Source: an uncultured Woeseiaceae bacterium (lineage in GTDB: Bacteria; Pseudomonadota; Gammaproteobacteria; Steroidobacterales; Woeseiaceae). From it: a DNA stretch of 64,000 nt. The notes below the pieces were generated by a model, which ran no database searches, was not told the origin of the DNA, and saw nothing but the letters and a program-made list of their open reading frames with translations. This document shows positions 9,554-18,816 of this stretch, piece after piece. Every line of letters begins with the position of its first letter. Position 1 is the first letter of the stretch. Made by a program: the position numbers and the translations under genes. The stretch lies in assembly GCA_964427415.1 (NCBI GenBank), contig CAYRUH010000006.1, positions 7,426 to 71,425 on the forward strand. The letters run 5' to 3'.

Positions 9554-10239
9554 GCGCGGCACGGGCGACGAGGGCAATGATCCTGGCCGCCGGCCGCGGC
9601 GAGCGACTGCGCCCGCTGACGGACACTGTGCCAAAGCCTCTGGTGGAGGTCGGCGGCGAGACGCTGATCGAGCGCCACATTCGTGCGCTGGCCCGTGCCG
9701 GTGTCACGGCGATCGTGATCAACCTGGCCTGGCGCGGCGGGCAGATCGTCGAGGCGCTGGGGCAGGGCAGCCGCTACGGCGTCACCCTCGTGTACAGCCC
9801 GGAGGGGGAGACGGCGCTCGATACCGGCGGCGGCATCCGGCGGGCGCTGCCGCTGCTGGGGGACGCGCCGTTCTGGGTCGTGAACGCCGATATCCATACC
9901 GACTACGACTTCGCCAGACCGCCACCGCTGGACGATGCGCTGGCTTGCCTGGTACTGGTGCCGAACCCGGAGCACAATCCGGGAGGCGACTTCCCTCTGG
10001 AGGACGGCCTGGTGGGCAGCGGCCGCGGCGCGGGCGGCCGGCGTTATACCTATTCGGGCATCGGCCGCTACCGGCCGGAGTTCTTCGCCGGTCTCGAGGA
10101 GGGCATATTCCCCCTCGCGCCCCTGATCCGCGAGCATGCGGCCGCGGGCCGCGTCCGCGGCGCACTCCATACCGGTGCCTGGCACGACCCCGGCACGCCG
10201 GCCCGCCTGGCCGAGCTGCGCCGGCGGCTTGTGCACTAG
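9550..10239 (+). CDS. murU: N-acetylmuramate alpha-1-phosphate uridylyltransferase (nucleotidyltransferase)
   Basis: MILAAGRGERLRPLTDTVPKPLV nucleotidyltransferase N-terminus. GTG 9550 overlaps the amgK stop (GTGA). ATG 9577 is the alternative start. Confidence 0.8.
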   Translation: MSAARATRAMILAAGRGERLRPLTDTVPKPLVEVGGETLIERHIRALARAGVTAIVINLAWRGGQIVEALGQGSRYGVTLVYSPEGETALDTGGGIRRALPLLGDAPFWVVNADIHTDYDFARPPPLDDALACLVLVPNPEHNPGGDFPLEDGLVGSGRGAGGRRYTYSGIGRYRPEFFAGLEEGIFPLAPLIREHAAAGRVRGALHTGAWHDPGTPARLAELRRRLVH

Positions 10240-10254
10240 TGTCGCGGACGGGAC
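10232..10254. repeat. REP-like element, copy 2 of the 23-mer seen at 2503..2525
   Basis: TGCACTAGTGTCGCGGACGGGAC on the plus strand. It contains the last His codon and the TAG stop of murU. Confidence 0.7.
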
Positions 10255-10274
10255 GCCAAGTCCCTGCGCCGGCC

Positions 10275-10937
10275 CTACTCGGCGGCGGGCGGGTCGAAGC
10301 CCAGTTCCTCGCAGAGCGGTTCGAGCAGCAGGTCCGCCACCCGGTCCAGGTCTTCAGGACCGCCCAGGCGGGCCAGGTCCGTCATCTCCAGACCTTGGTA
10401 GCCGCAGGGGTTGATGCGGGAGAACGGTTGCAGGTCCATGTCCACATTCAGTGCCATGCCGTGGTAGCTGGCGCCGCGTCGTATGCGCAGGCCGATGCTC
10501 GCCAGCTTGCACCCCGCCACGTACACCCCGGGGGCATCGCGGCGGCCCGCCGCCTCGATGCCGAACGACGCCACCATCCGTATGACCGCGGTCTCCAGGG
10601 CGCAGACCAGCCGGCGCACGCCGATGCCCGCCCGGCGGATATCGACGAGCGGGTAGATCATCAGCTGGCCCGGGCCGTGATAGGTGACCTGGCCGCCCCG
10701 GTCGATGTGCACGACGGGGATGTCGCCGGGCGCGAGCACGTGCTCGCGGCTGCCTGCGAGACCCAGTGTGAAGACGGGCGCGTGCTCGGTGAACCAGATC
10801 TCGTCGCCGGTGTCCTCGTCGCGCTCGTCGGTGTGGCGCTGCATCGCCTGCCACAGCGGCTCGTAGTCGCGCCGGCCCAGGCGGCGCACGGTGAGCGTGC
10901 GGCCGCCGTCACGGGCGATGACCGGTTCCGCCGTCAC
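10275..10937 (-). CDS. lipB: octanoyltransferase (lipoyl(octanoyl) transferase)
   Basis: 220-aa ORF. EHAPVFTLG, RGGQVTYHGPGQL and KLASIGLRIRRGASYHG are LipB motifs. Confidence 0.9.
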   Translation of the reverse strand: MTAEPVIARDGGRTLTVRRLGRRDYEPLWQAMQRHTDERDEDTGDEIWFTEHAPVFTLGLAGSREHVLAPGDIPVVHIDRGGQVTYHGPGQLMIYPLVDIRRAGIGVRRLVCALETAVIRMVASFGIEAAGRRDAPGVYVAGCKLASIGLRIRRGASYHGMALNVDMDLQPFSRINPCGYQGLEMTDLARLGGPEDLDRVADLLLEPLCEELGFDPPAAE

Positions 10938-11200
10938 AGGACCACCAGCACCCGTTCGTGATCGCTCAGCCTTCGGTACAGCGAGTCGAGCTGCTCGCGG
11001 CTCTCGGCCCGCACGGTGACCGTGACGGAGAGGAACCGGCCGTTGCGGCTCGGCTGGGTGGCCACCGCTCCCTCCGGCAGCGGCCCGAGTTCCGCCTCGA
11101 CGATAGCTACCGCCTCGCTGCGGAAGTCGTCGTCTTCATCCCTGCCCATAACCTTGACGGGGAAATCGCAGGGGAAGTCGAGGAGGCTGTCATCATGCAT
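10934..11200 (-). CDS. ybeD: YbeD / DUF493 family protein
   Basis: 88 aa from the internal ATG at 11200 (MHDDSLLDFPCDFPVKVMG...). Conserved position upstream of lipB. The upstream part of the track ORF overlaps dat. Confidence 0.8.
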   Translation of the reverse strand: MHDDSLLDFPCDFPVKVMGRDEDDDFRSEAVAIVEAELGPLPEGAVATQPSRNGRFLSVTVTVRAESREQLDSLYRRLSDHERVLVVL

Positions 11201-12083
11201 GGTTTTCAGCTCGTTGGCCGTGATATGCCTGTTGGTAGCGGCGGAACAGGCGTCGCCATAGCGGTCCCGGCGCGCCCGTACCGATGGTGGTGTCATCGAC
11301 CCGGCCCACGGGCACGAGTTCCCGGCTGCTGGCGAGCATGATGACTTCGTCGGCTTCCAGCAGCTCATCGACCGTGAAGCGCCGCCGCGCGCGCGCGACG
11401 CCTTCGGCCTCGGCGATGGCCCAGACGAGGTGCAGCGTCACGCTGGGCAGCACCGAGGTGTCCGCAGGCGGCGCCAGCAGGGTGCCATCGGTGACGATGG
11501 CAATCGTACTTGCGGCTCCCTCGGTGACCCAGCCGTCCCGGTGCAGGATGGCCTCCACCGCGCCGCGCTCGGCGGCATCCTGGCGCGCCAGCACGTTGGC
11601 CAGCAGGGAGGTGGACTTGATGTCGCAGCGGGCCCAGCGCCGGTCCGGCGCCAGCGCGGCGTTCACCCCGGCGCGATAATCGGCCTCACGGGGCGGTTGC
11701 CAGTGCATGGCCATGGCGAGCACCGTCGGTTGCATGTCTGCCGGGAAGCGGTGATCCCGGGCGGCATCCCCGCCGCGGCTCACCTGCAGATAGAGGAACA
11801 TATCGCCGCCGCCGTTGGCCCCCACCAGGCGGGTGAGGATGCTCCGCCAGCCGGACTCGTCGGCGGGGTTGCGGATGCCGATCGCGTTCAGGCTGCGGTC
11901 CAGGCGGGCCAGGTGCTCGGACTCGCCCACCACGCGCCCGCCGCACACCGGCATGGCTTCGTAGACCGCGTCGCCGAACAGGAAGCCCCGGTCCAGCGGC
12001 GAGATCCGCGCCTGGCCGGCCGGAACTATCTCCCCGTCGAGCCACACATTGGGCAGGATTTCAGCCATCGTCCACACCGGCAC
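11193..12083 (-). CDS. dat: class IV aminotransferase, probably D-amino-acid (D-alanine) aminotransferase
   Basis: 296-aa ORF with fold-type IV PLP enzyme features (ISPLDRGFLFGDAVYE, ...KSTSLLANVLA...EAIL). Lies in a cell-wall gene context. A BCAT or PabC-like function cannot be excluded by eye. Confidence 0.65.
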   Translation of the reverse strand: MPVWTMAEILPNVWLDGEIVPAGQARISPLDRGFLFGDAVYEAMPVCGGRVVGESEHLARLDRSLNAIGIRNPADESGWRSILTRLVGANGGGDMFLYLQVSRGGDAARDHRFPADMQPTVLAMAMHWQPPREADYRAGVNAALAPDRRWARCDIKSTSLLANVLARQDAAERGAVEAILHRDGWVTEGAASTIAIVTDGTLLAPPADTSVLPSVTLHLVWAIAEAEGVARARRRFTVDELLEADEVIMLASSRELVPVGRVDDTTIGTGAPGPLWRRLFRRYQQAYHGQRAENHA

Positions 12084-12098
12084 CCGCCGGGCGCGTCC

Positions 12099-13289
12099 TC
12101 ATTCGAACCAGAGCATGACCTCGTCGCTGAGACGCTGCCAGAACGTGCCTTCGGCGACAGGAGCCAGGGCAGCCAGGGGTGTTGCGGCCAGCAGCCGATC
12201 GTCCAGCTCGATACGCAGTTCGCCCAGAGTCTCGCCCTCGGCCACCGGGGCGATCACCGTCGCCGGCATTTCCACCAGCGGCTGCAGGCGGTCGTAGGTG
12301 CCCCGCGGGATGGTAACGTACAGGTCGCGGGAGACGCCGAGCTGTGCGGCCTCGATAGTGCCCTTCCATACCTTCGCCGTCTCCACGACGTCGCCCGCGG
12401 CGAACAGCCGGTGGGTCTCGAAGAAGCGGAAACCGTAATTCAGCAGGGACTGGCTCGCATCCGTGCGCACCCGCGAGCTCGGCGAGCCCATCACCACCGA
12501 GATCAGCCGCATGTCGTCGCGGACCGCCGAGGCCACCAGGCAATAGCCGGCGGCGTCTGTATGGCCGGTTTTGAAGCCGTCCACGGTCGCGTCGCGCCAG
12601 AGCAGCCGGTTGCGGTTGCGTTGCGTAATGTCGTTGTAGGTGAACTCCCGCACCGAGTACCAGCGATAGTACTCCGGGAAGTCATTGATGAGCGCCCGGG
12701 CCAGCGTGGCCATGTCCCGCGCCGTCGTGTAATGGTTCTCGCCGGGCAGGCCGGTGGTGTTCTCGAAGTGGCTGCCCCTCATGCCGAGTTCCCGGGCGTA
12801 GCGGTTCATTATTTCGGCGAAGACGCCTTCGGAGCCGGCGATGTGCTCGGCGAGGGCCACGCTCGCATCGTTGCCGGACTGCACGATCATACCCATCAGC
12901 AGGTCCTGGATACTCACCCGGGAGTTGATCTCGATGAACATGCGCGAGCCGGGCGTGCGGTAGGCCTTGCGGCTGACGGTGGCCTCTTCCTCGAGCGTGA
13001 TCAGGTCGTCGCGCAGGGCGTGGAAGACCACATAGGCGGTCATGAGCTTCGTGAGGCTCGCCGGCGCTACCCGCTTGCCCGCCTCCCGGTCCGCCAGCAC
13101 CGTACCGCTGTCGGCGTCGATCAGCAGGTAACTCGCCGCGTTCAGTTGCGGCGGGGCGGGTATCGGGATGTCCGGCAGCGCCGCCGAAGCCGGCAACGGC
13201 GAGACGAGTAGCAGGATCGGAGCGAGGATCGATGCAAAAAGAGGGGCGCACAGGCGTCCGCGCGCCGTTCGGGGCTGTATGAAGCTCAT
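12099..13289 (-). CDS. D-alanyl-D-alanine carboxypeptidase (PBP5/6 class)
   Basis: 396-aa ORF with signal peptide. SLTKLMT (SxxK), SGND (SxN) and KTGHT (KTG) motifs. Confidence 0.9.
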   Translation of the reverse strand: MSFIQPRTARGRLCAPLFASILAPILLLVSPLPASAALPDIPIPAPPQLNAASYLLIDADSGTVLADREAGKRVAPASLTKLMTAYVVFHALRDDLITLEEEATVSRKAYRTPGSRMFIEINSRVSIQDLLMGMIVQSGNDASVALAEHIAGSEGVFAEIMNRYARELGMRGSHFENTTGLPGENHYTTARDMATLARALINDFPEYYRWYSVREFTYNDITQRNRNRLLWRDATVDGFKTGHTDAAGYCLVASAVRDDMRLISVVMGSPSSRVRTDASQSLLNYGFRFFETHRLFAAGDVVETAKVWKGTIEAAQLGVSRDLYVTIPRGTYDRLQPLVEMPATVIAPVAEGETLGELRIELDDRLLAATPLAALAPVAEGTFWQRLSDEVMLWFE

Positions 13290-13297
13290 GGCACAGT

Positions 13298-14179
13298 CTA
13301 TTCGATAATCATGTGGACGCTGTCGATGCCGAGGGAACCGAGCCTGACGACGGTGGCGTCATAAGCTTCCACCGATAGGATCGGCCCCACCCGCACCCGA
13401 TACAGCCGGCGCTCTTCGGTCATATCCTCGAAGATAAAGGCATCGGGAACGTCGCTGGCCAGCAGCCTGGCGTGCATGCGCTCGGCATTCTCCCGCTGGC
13501 TGAAGGCGCCGACCTGGGCATATAGTACCGGCGCGTCGCCCGTCTGTCCTGCGGGGCGCACCGGCGCGGCTTCCTCGGGCGGCAGGCTCTCGGCCGGCGC
13601 CGCGCTGGGGACGGCAGCGGTCATGGTGTCGCCGGTAGCGGCACCGTCGAAGGTGATGGCGCGGATCTCCACCAGCCCCGTCCCGTCGCTCACGATGTCG
13701 AGTTCCTGCGCCGCGGCGTAGGAGAGATCGATCACGCGGTTGGCGACGAACGGCCCCCGGTCGTTGACCCGCACCAGGATGCTCCTGCGGTTACGCAGGT
13801 TCGTCACCTCCACCCAGGTCGGTAGCGGCAGCGTCTTGTGGGCCGCGGTGAAGGCGTGCATGTCATAGGGCTCGCCGGACGAGGTACGCCGGCCGTGGAA
13901 TTTTGTGCCGTACCAGGAGGCGACACCCCGCTCCCGGTAGCCATCGGCGCTCGCCATCACGTGGTAGCGCTTACCGAACACCTCGTAGGAATCCGGGTTG
14001 CCGTAGCGGCTGTTCGGCTCGGGCGCCGGCATCGTCGGCGGCACGCGGACGTCGGCCCGTGCGGCCGGCGGCGGTCCGTCCTGCCGCGGCGCCTCCTCGC
14101 GCGGTAAGGGCCCGGCGCAGGCCGCCAGCGCCATGGCAGCCGCCGCCACGGCAGCCGTTCTGAGATCAGGCCTGCGCAT
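13298..14179 (-). CDS. rlpA: septal ring lytic transglycosylase RlpA (DPBB + SPOR domains), lipoprotein
   Basis: Start at the internal ATG 14179 (MRRPDLRTAAVAAAAMALAAC lipobox). GVASWYG...HGRRTSSGE...AAHKTLPLPT...VNDRGPF is the RlpA DPBB domain. C-terminal SPOR-like domain. Confidence 0.85.
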   Translation of the reverse strand: MRRPDLRTAAVAAAAMALAACAGPLPREEAPRQDGPPPAARADVRVPPTMPAPEPNSRYGNPDSYEVFGKRYHVMASADGYRERGVASWYGTKFHGRRTSSGEPYDMHAFTAAHKTLPLPTWVEVTNLRNRRSILVRVNDRGPFVANRVIDLSYAAAQELDIVSDGTGLVEIRAITFDGAATGDTMTAAVPSAAPAESLPPEEAAPVRPAGQTGDAPVLYAQVGAFSQRENAERMHARLLASDVPDAFIFEDMTEERRLYRVRVGPILSVEAYDATVVRLGSLGIDSVHMIIE

Positions 14180-15197
14180 CGTCGGCTCCGCGCGCGACGG
14201 CCAGCGCGATCTCGCGGCCGAGTTGCCACACCGCCAGCGCATACATGGCGCTGCGGTTGTAGCGGGTGATCACGTGGAAGTTGTGGAAACCCACCCAGAG
14301 CTGGTCGCCATCCTCGCCCTGCATGCGCAGCAGGCGTGCGCTCGCCGCGTCGGGCAGCCCGGTGGCGAAGACAATGCCGCTGGCGCTCAGCCCGGCCACC
14401 GTGGCGTCCGTGTCCAGGCCCTTGTCGCCGGCGGGCTCGCCGGACCAGGCCGGGCCGGTGCCGGCACGCGCAAACACCGGTTCGCCGGCGCGCCAGCCGT
14501 GGGTCTTCAGATAGTTGGCCACGCTGCCGAACACGTCGCTCCAGTCCGTCCACAGATCGCGGAGCCCGTCGGCGCTCGCGTCCACCGCGTAGGCACGGTA
14601 GCTGGAGGGCATGAACTGGGGCGCGCCCATGGCGCCCGCGTAGGAGCCCAGCACCGTGTCGACGTCGACCTGCTCCTCGCGGGCCAACAGCAGGAACTGC
14701 TCGAGCTCCTTGCGGAAGAACGGGCTGCGGGGCGGGTAGTCGAAGGCCAGCGTGGCCAGCGCGTCCAGCACCCGGTAGCGGCCGGTGATGCGGCCGAAGT
14801 AGGTCTCGACGCCGATGATGGCGACGATGATCTCCGGGTCCACGCCCGTCTCCCGGCCGATGCGTTCGATTTCGCCGGCATGCTCACGCCAGAACGCGGC
14901 GCCGGCCTCGGTGCGCTCCGGCGTCAGGAAGATCGCGCGGTACTCGTGCCAGGGCTTCACCTTTTCCGCGGGACGGCTGATGGCATCGAGGATGGGCTGC
15001 TGTGTCTCGGCGGCATCCAGGGTGCGCTCGAGCTCCGCCCGTTCGAAGCCGTGGCGCTCGGCCACCTCGTCGATGAACCCGGCCACCTCGGCGCGGGAGG
15101 TGTCCAGCGCCCGCACCGGCGCGCTCGCCACGGTGGCGAGGATAGCGAGGGCCGCGAGGGCGGGCATGCGGAAGGGAGGGCGGATCACTGATCGCAT
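14166..15197 (-). CDS. mltB: lytic murein transglycosylase B family
   Basis: 343-aa ORF with signal peptide. Contains GVETYFG, GAMGAPQFMPSSY and HNFHVITRYNRS, typical of MltB/SltB1. Confidence 0.85.
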   Translation of the reverse strand: MRSVIRPPFRMPALAALAILATVASAPVRALDTSRAEVAGFIDEVAERHGFERAELERTLDAAETQQPILDAISRPAEKVKPWHEYRAIFLTPERTEAGAAFWREHAGEIERIGRETGVDPEIIVAIIGVETYFGRITGRYRVLDALATLAFDYPPRSPFFRKELEQFLLLAREEQVDVDTVLGSYAGAMGAPQFMPSSYRAYAVDASADGLRDLWTDWSDVFGSVANYLKTHGWRAGEPVFARAGTGPAWSGEPAGDKGLDTDATVAGLSASGIVFATGLPDAASARLLRMQGEDGDQLWVGFHNFHVITRYNRSAMYALAVWQLGREIALAVARGADDAQA

Positions 15198-15243
15198 GTC
15201 CTGGCCGGCGTTTCCTGGCAGTGCGTGTACATCTGTCGTGGAC

Positions 15244-16383
15244 CTACCGAGGCAGGAGTTTGCGGTGGGTGTGGATGGACATGAGGATACCGAAACCTGC
15301 CATGAGCGTCACCATGGAGGTGCCGCCGAAGCTGACCAGCGGCAGCGGCACGCCGACCACCGGTATGAGGCCGCAGACCATGGCGGTATTCACGAACACG
15401 TAGACGAAGAAGGTCAGGCTGATGCTGCCGGCCAGCAGACGGGAGAAGGTGTCCTGGGCATTGGCGGCGATGTACAGGCCGCGTCCGACCACGAACAGGT
15501 ACATCGTCAGCAACGCCAGCACGCCGAGCAGGCCGAATTCCTCGGACAGCACCGCGAAGATGAAATCGGTGTCTTTCTCCGGCAGGAACTCGAGCTGCGC
15601 CTGGCTGCCGTTGGTCCAGCCCTTGCCGAACAGCCCGCCTGAGCCGATCGCGATCTTGGACTGGATGATGTTGTAGCCGGCGCCGAGGGGGTCGCTCTGG
15701 GGATCGAGCAGGGTCAGTACCCGCTGGCGCTGGTAGTCATGCATGAAGTGCCAGAGCGCCGGCATGGTGGCGACGGCGAGAGCGGCCAGCGCCAGAATGT
15801 GGCCGAACGACATACCGGCGAGCAGCACCACCAGCACGCCGGCCGCGACGATCAGGAGCGCGGTGCCGAGATCCGGCTGCACGGCGATCATCAGGGCGGG
15901 CAGGACGATCATGGCGCCGATGACGACCAGATGGCCGAAGCGCGGCGGCAGCGGCCGGTCGTGCAGGAAGGCCGCGACCATCATCGGCACCGCCAGCTTC
16001 ATGATCTCCGACGGCTGGAAGCGCACGCCAATGTCCAGCCAGCGCTGCGCCCCCTGGCCCACCTCGCCGAGGATCAGTACCAGAGCCAGCAGGGTGAGTC
16101 CGGCCAGATAGCCCGAGGGCGTCCAGCGCCGCAGCAGCGCCGGCGAGAGCTGCGCCACGATCGCCAGCGCCAGCAGGGCGAGGCCGAGGCGTATCACCTG
16201 GCGCAGCAGCAGGTCCGGGTTCTGCCCTACCGCGCTGTAGAGCACGAACAGGCCGAACACACAGATCACTCCGAGGCCGGCGAGCAGGGAGCCGTCCAGG
16301 TGCAGGTTGGCGAGTACCTGACCGATGCCGCCCAGCGGCCGGCGCTCGGCGAAGCGGGCGTTCTCCCGGAACAGCGTACCCAT
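15244..16383 (-). CDS. rodA: peptidoglycan glycosyltransferase RodA (SEDS family)
   Basis: 379-aa polytopic membrane ORF with FtsW/RodA/SpoVE motifs (QPSEIMKL, PEKDTDFIF, VPLPLVSFGGTS). Confidence 0.9.
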   Translation of the reverse strand: MGTLFRENARFAERRPLGGIGQVLANLHLDGSLLAGLGVICVFGLFVLYSAVGQNPDLLLRQVIRLGLALLALAIVAQLSPALLRRWTPSGYLAGLTLLALVLILGEVGQGAQRWLDIGVRFQPSEIMKLAVPMMVAAFLHDRPLPPRFGHLVVIGAMIVLPALMIAVQPDLGTALLIVAAGVLVVLLAGMSFGHILALAALAVATMPALWHFMHDYQRQRVLTLLDPQSDPLGAGYNIIQSKIAIGSGGLFGKGWTNGSQAQLEFLPEKDTDFIFAVLSEEFGLLGVLALLTMYLFVVGRGLYIAANAQDTFSRLLAGSISLTFFVYVFVNTAMVCGLIPVVGVPLPLVSFGGTSMVTLMAGFGILMSIHTHRKLLPR

Positions 16384-16386
16384 CGG

Positions 16387-18321
16387 TCAGTCCTCCGCCG
16401 GCGTGCTGCTCGCCACCGGCGCTTCGGCCGGCGGGGCGGGACGCCGGCCCGGTGCCGCGGCTTCGCCGCGCTCCTCCAGCAGCCACTTGTCCATGACCGC
16501 CCGTGCGATGGGTGCGGCCACGCGGCTGCCGCTGGAACCGTTCTCGACGATCACCGACACGGCGATGCGGGGCTCCTCCAGGGGGGCGAAAGCGATGAAC
16601 AGAGCATGGTCGCGCAGCCGCTCGTCGATCTGCTCCTCGTCGTATTCCTCGTCCTGGCCCACGCTGAACACCTGAGCGGTGCCGCTCTTGCCGGCCATGG
16701 GGTAGGGGGCATCCATCCCCACCGCCCGGGCGGTGCCGTTCTCGCCCTGGAGCACGTCGCGCATGGCATTGATAATCACCTCCCAGTGCAGGGGGTCATG
16801 GACGCCCACCGGCGGGAGGGGCTCGGGCTCGAGAGCGTGGAACTCGCCGTCCAGCGGGTGTTCCCAGCCCAGCGCCAGATGCGGTCGGTAGCGCTCGCCC
16901 CGGGTGGCCACCGCGGCAGTCGCCACCGCGAGCTGCAGCGGCGTGGTCAGCATATAACCCTGACCGATGGAGGCGATGACCGTCTCGCCCGGGAACCAGA
17001 CCTGGTTGGCGCGGCTGGAGAACTTCTCCCGCTTCCAGGCCCGGGACGGCACGACGCCGGCGGTTTCGCCGGCGATGTCGATGCCGGTGCGGCTGCCCAG
17101 GCCGAAGCGGGTGAGGTAGTCGTGCATGGTGTCGATGCCGAGCTCGGTCGACATCTGGTAGAAGTACACGTCGCAGGATTCGGTGATGGCGTCGTGCAGA
17201 TTCACGAGACCGTGGGTCTTCCAGTCCCGGTACCGGTGGGTGCTGCCGGGCAGCGAGAAATGCCCCGGGCAGCGCAGGCTGTGGTCCAGGTCGGAGACGC
17301 TCTGCTCCAGGGCCGCGAAGCCGAGCATCGGCTTGATGGTGGAGCCCGGCGGATAGCGGCCCCGCACGGCCCGGTTGAACAGCGGCTGGTCCGGGTGCGT
17401 GCTGAGTGCGCGGAACTCGGCCGGCTTCAGCCCGGCGGCAAAGGCGTTGGGGTCGAAGCCGGGCGTGCTGACCAGCGCCAGCACCTCGCCGTTGCGTGGG
17501 TCCAGCGCCACCACCGCGCCACGCCGGCCGGCCATCGCCTCCTCGGCGAGCAGCTGCAGCTCGATGTCCAGGCTGACGTAGACGTTGGCGCCCGGCCGGG
17601 GCTGCTTGCCCGGCACCTGGCCGAGCATACGGCCGCGGGCGTTGGCGATCACCTGGCGGTGGCCCACGTCACCGTGCAGCAGCTCCTCGAAGCGCTGCTC
17701 GATGCCGGTCTTGCCGTACTGGGTGGTACCCGCGTAGGCGGCCGGGTCCTCGAGCCGTTCCAGCTCCTCCTTGCTCAGCCCGCCGACGTAACCGACCGCA
17801 TGCACGGCAGCGCTGTCGAAACGGTAGTGGCGCATCAGGCGCGCGCGGATGTCGACGCCCGGGTAGCGGGGCCGGGCGATCGCGAAATGCGCCAGCTCCT
17901 CCTCCTCCAGCCGGTAGCGCAGCGGGATGGGCGTGAAGCGCTGGTTCGTGCCGAGCAGCGTGTGGATGCGGGGCAGCTCCTCCTCGGCGAGCAGCCCTTC
18001 CCCGATCAGCGCGGCCAGGGTCACATCCACGTCCTTCACCTGCTCGGGCACGAGTTCGAGCTGATAGGTGGGCACGTTCTCGGCCAGGATGACGCCCCGG
18101 CGGTCGTAGATCAGGCCGCGGGTCGGTGGCACGGGTTCGATGCGGATGCGATTGCCCTGGGAGAGGTCCGCGAAATGCTCGTGCTCGATCACCTGAAGCT
18201 GGACCAGGCGGCCGACGACGAGTCCCATCAGCCCGAGCGCGACTACCACCGCGAGAACCACGCGCCTCAGGAACATCCGCTGCTCGGCACCCGAGTCCTT
18301 GATGGGAGCGCGTCCGCGCAT
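16387..18321 (-). CDS. mrdA: penicillin-binding protein 2 (elongasome transpeptidase)
   Basis: 644-aa ORF. N-terminal TM, PBP dimer domain, then STIKP (SxxK), SCD (SxN-like) and KSGTA (KSG). Confidence 0.9.
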   Translation of the reverse strand: MRGRAPIKDSGAEQRMFLRRVVLAVVVALGLMGLVVGRLVQLQVIEHEHFADLSQGNRIRIEPVPPTRGLIYDRRGVILAENVPTYQLELVPEQVKDVDVTLAALIGEGLLAEEELPRIHTLLGTNQRFTPIPLRYRLEEEELAHFAIARPRYPGVDIRARLMRHYRFDSAAVHAVGYVGGLSKEELERLEDPAAYAGTTQYGKTGIEQRFEELLHGDVGHRQVIANARGRMLGQVPGKQPRPGANVYVSLDIELQLLAEEAMAGRRGAVVALDPRNGEVLALVSTPGFDPNAFAAGLKPAEFRALSTHPDQPLFNRAVRGRYPPGSTIKPMLGFAALEQSVSDLDHSLRCPGHFSLPGSTHRYRDWKTHGLVNLHDAITESCDVYFYQMSTELGIDTMHDYLTRFGLGSRTGIDIAGETAGVVPSRAWKREKFSSRANQVWFPGETVIASIGQGYMLTTPLQLAVATAAVATRGERYRPHLALGWEHPLDGEFHALEPEPLPPVGVHDPLHWEVIINAMRDVLQGENGTARAVGMDAPYPMAGKSGTAQVFSVGQDEEYDEEQIDERLRDHALFIAFAPLEEPRIAVSVIVENGSSGSRVAAPIARAVMDKWLLEERGEAAAPGRRPAPPAEAPVASSTPAED

Positions 18322-18324
18322 CGT

Positions 18325-18816
18325 CTACCTCGCCGCCGTCATTTGCTGGCGGACACCGTTGAAGAACAGCATCAGCGGCGGCCATAGCAGCGCGCCCGTG
18401 ATGACGGAACCCCAATAGTCCATGAGATCGGATGCGGCGCCTGCGGTTCCGTTGATCCAGAACAGGATGAACTGGTAGAGGGCGAGCAGGGCCATCACCG
18501 TGGCCGTGAGCTGCCAGATGGGGAAGACCCGCAGGCGCAGGTGGAAGCGCAGCGGGATGTAGATCATCACGGTGAGCGCCAGCGCATGCTGGCCTAGCAG
18601 CGTGCCCTGGGCCACGTCGAGCAGCAGGCCGCTCACCCAGGCGGTCAGCAGGCCGAACCATCGCGGGAACGCGAGCGCCCAGTAGATCAGCGTCAGTGCC
18701 ACCCAGTCCGGGCGGAAGGGCTCGATGAGCGCGGGCAGCGGCATGATAGAGAGGAGCAGCGCCGCCAGCAGGCAGAACCAGACCGGCCAGCGTTCCAGGG
18801 CTACCGCGTCATTCAT
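18325..18816 (-). CDS. mreD: rod shape-determining protein MreD
   Basis: Polytopic membrane ORF. Start taken at ATG 18816 (MNDAVALERWPVWF...), overlapping the mreC stop. Position between mreC and mrdA. Confidence 0.8.
   Translation of the reverse strand: MNDAVALERWPVWFCLLAALLLSIMPLPALIEPFRPDWVALTLIYWALAFPRWFGLLTAWVSGLLLDVAQGTLLGQHALALTVMIYIPLRFHLRLRVFPIWQLTATVMALLALYQFILFWINGTAGAASDLMDYWGSVITGALLWPPLMLFFNGVRQQMTAAR

Noticed and set aside
15739-18387. Very long ORFs antisense to well-supported genes. Examples: 15739..18387 + (882 aa), 28119..31061 - (980 aa), 6579..8591 +, 22934..24475 -, 37547..39091 -, 59080..60237 -, 19790..21046 +, 62629..63795 +.
   Set aside because: Their translations are low-complexity Arg/Ala/Gly/Pro/His-rich strings with no motifs. 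Each mirrors a gene with clear family signatures on the other strand. This is the usual stop-codon-poor antisense artefact of very G+C-rich DNA.
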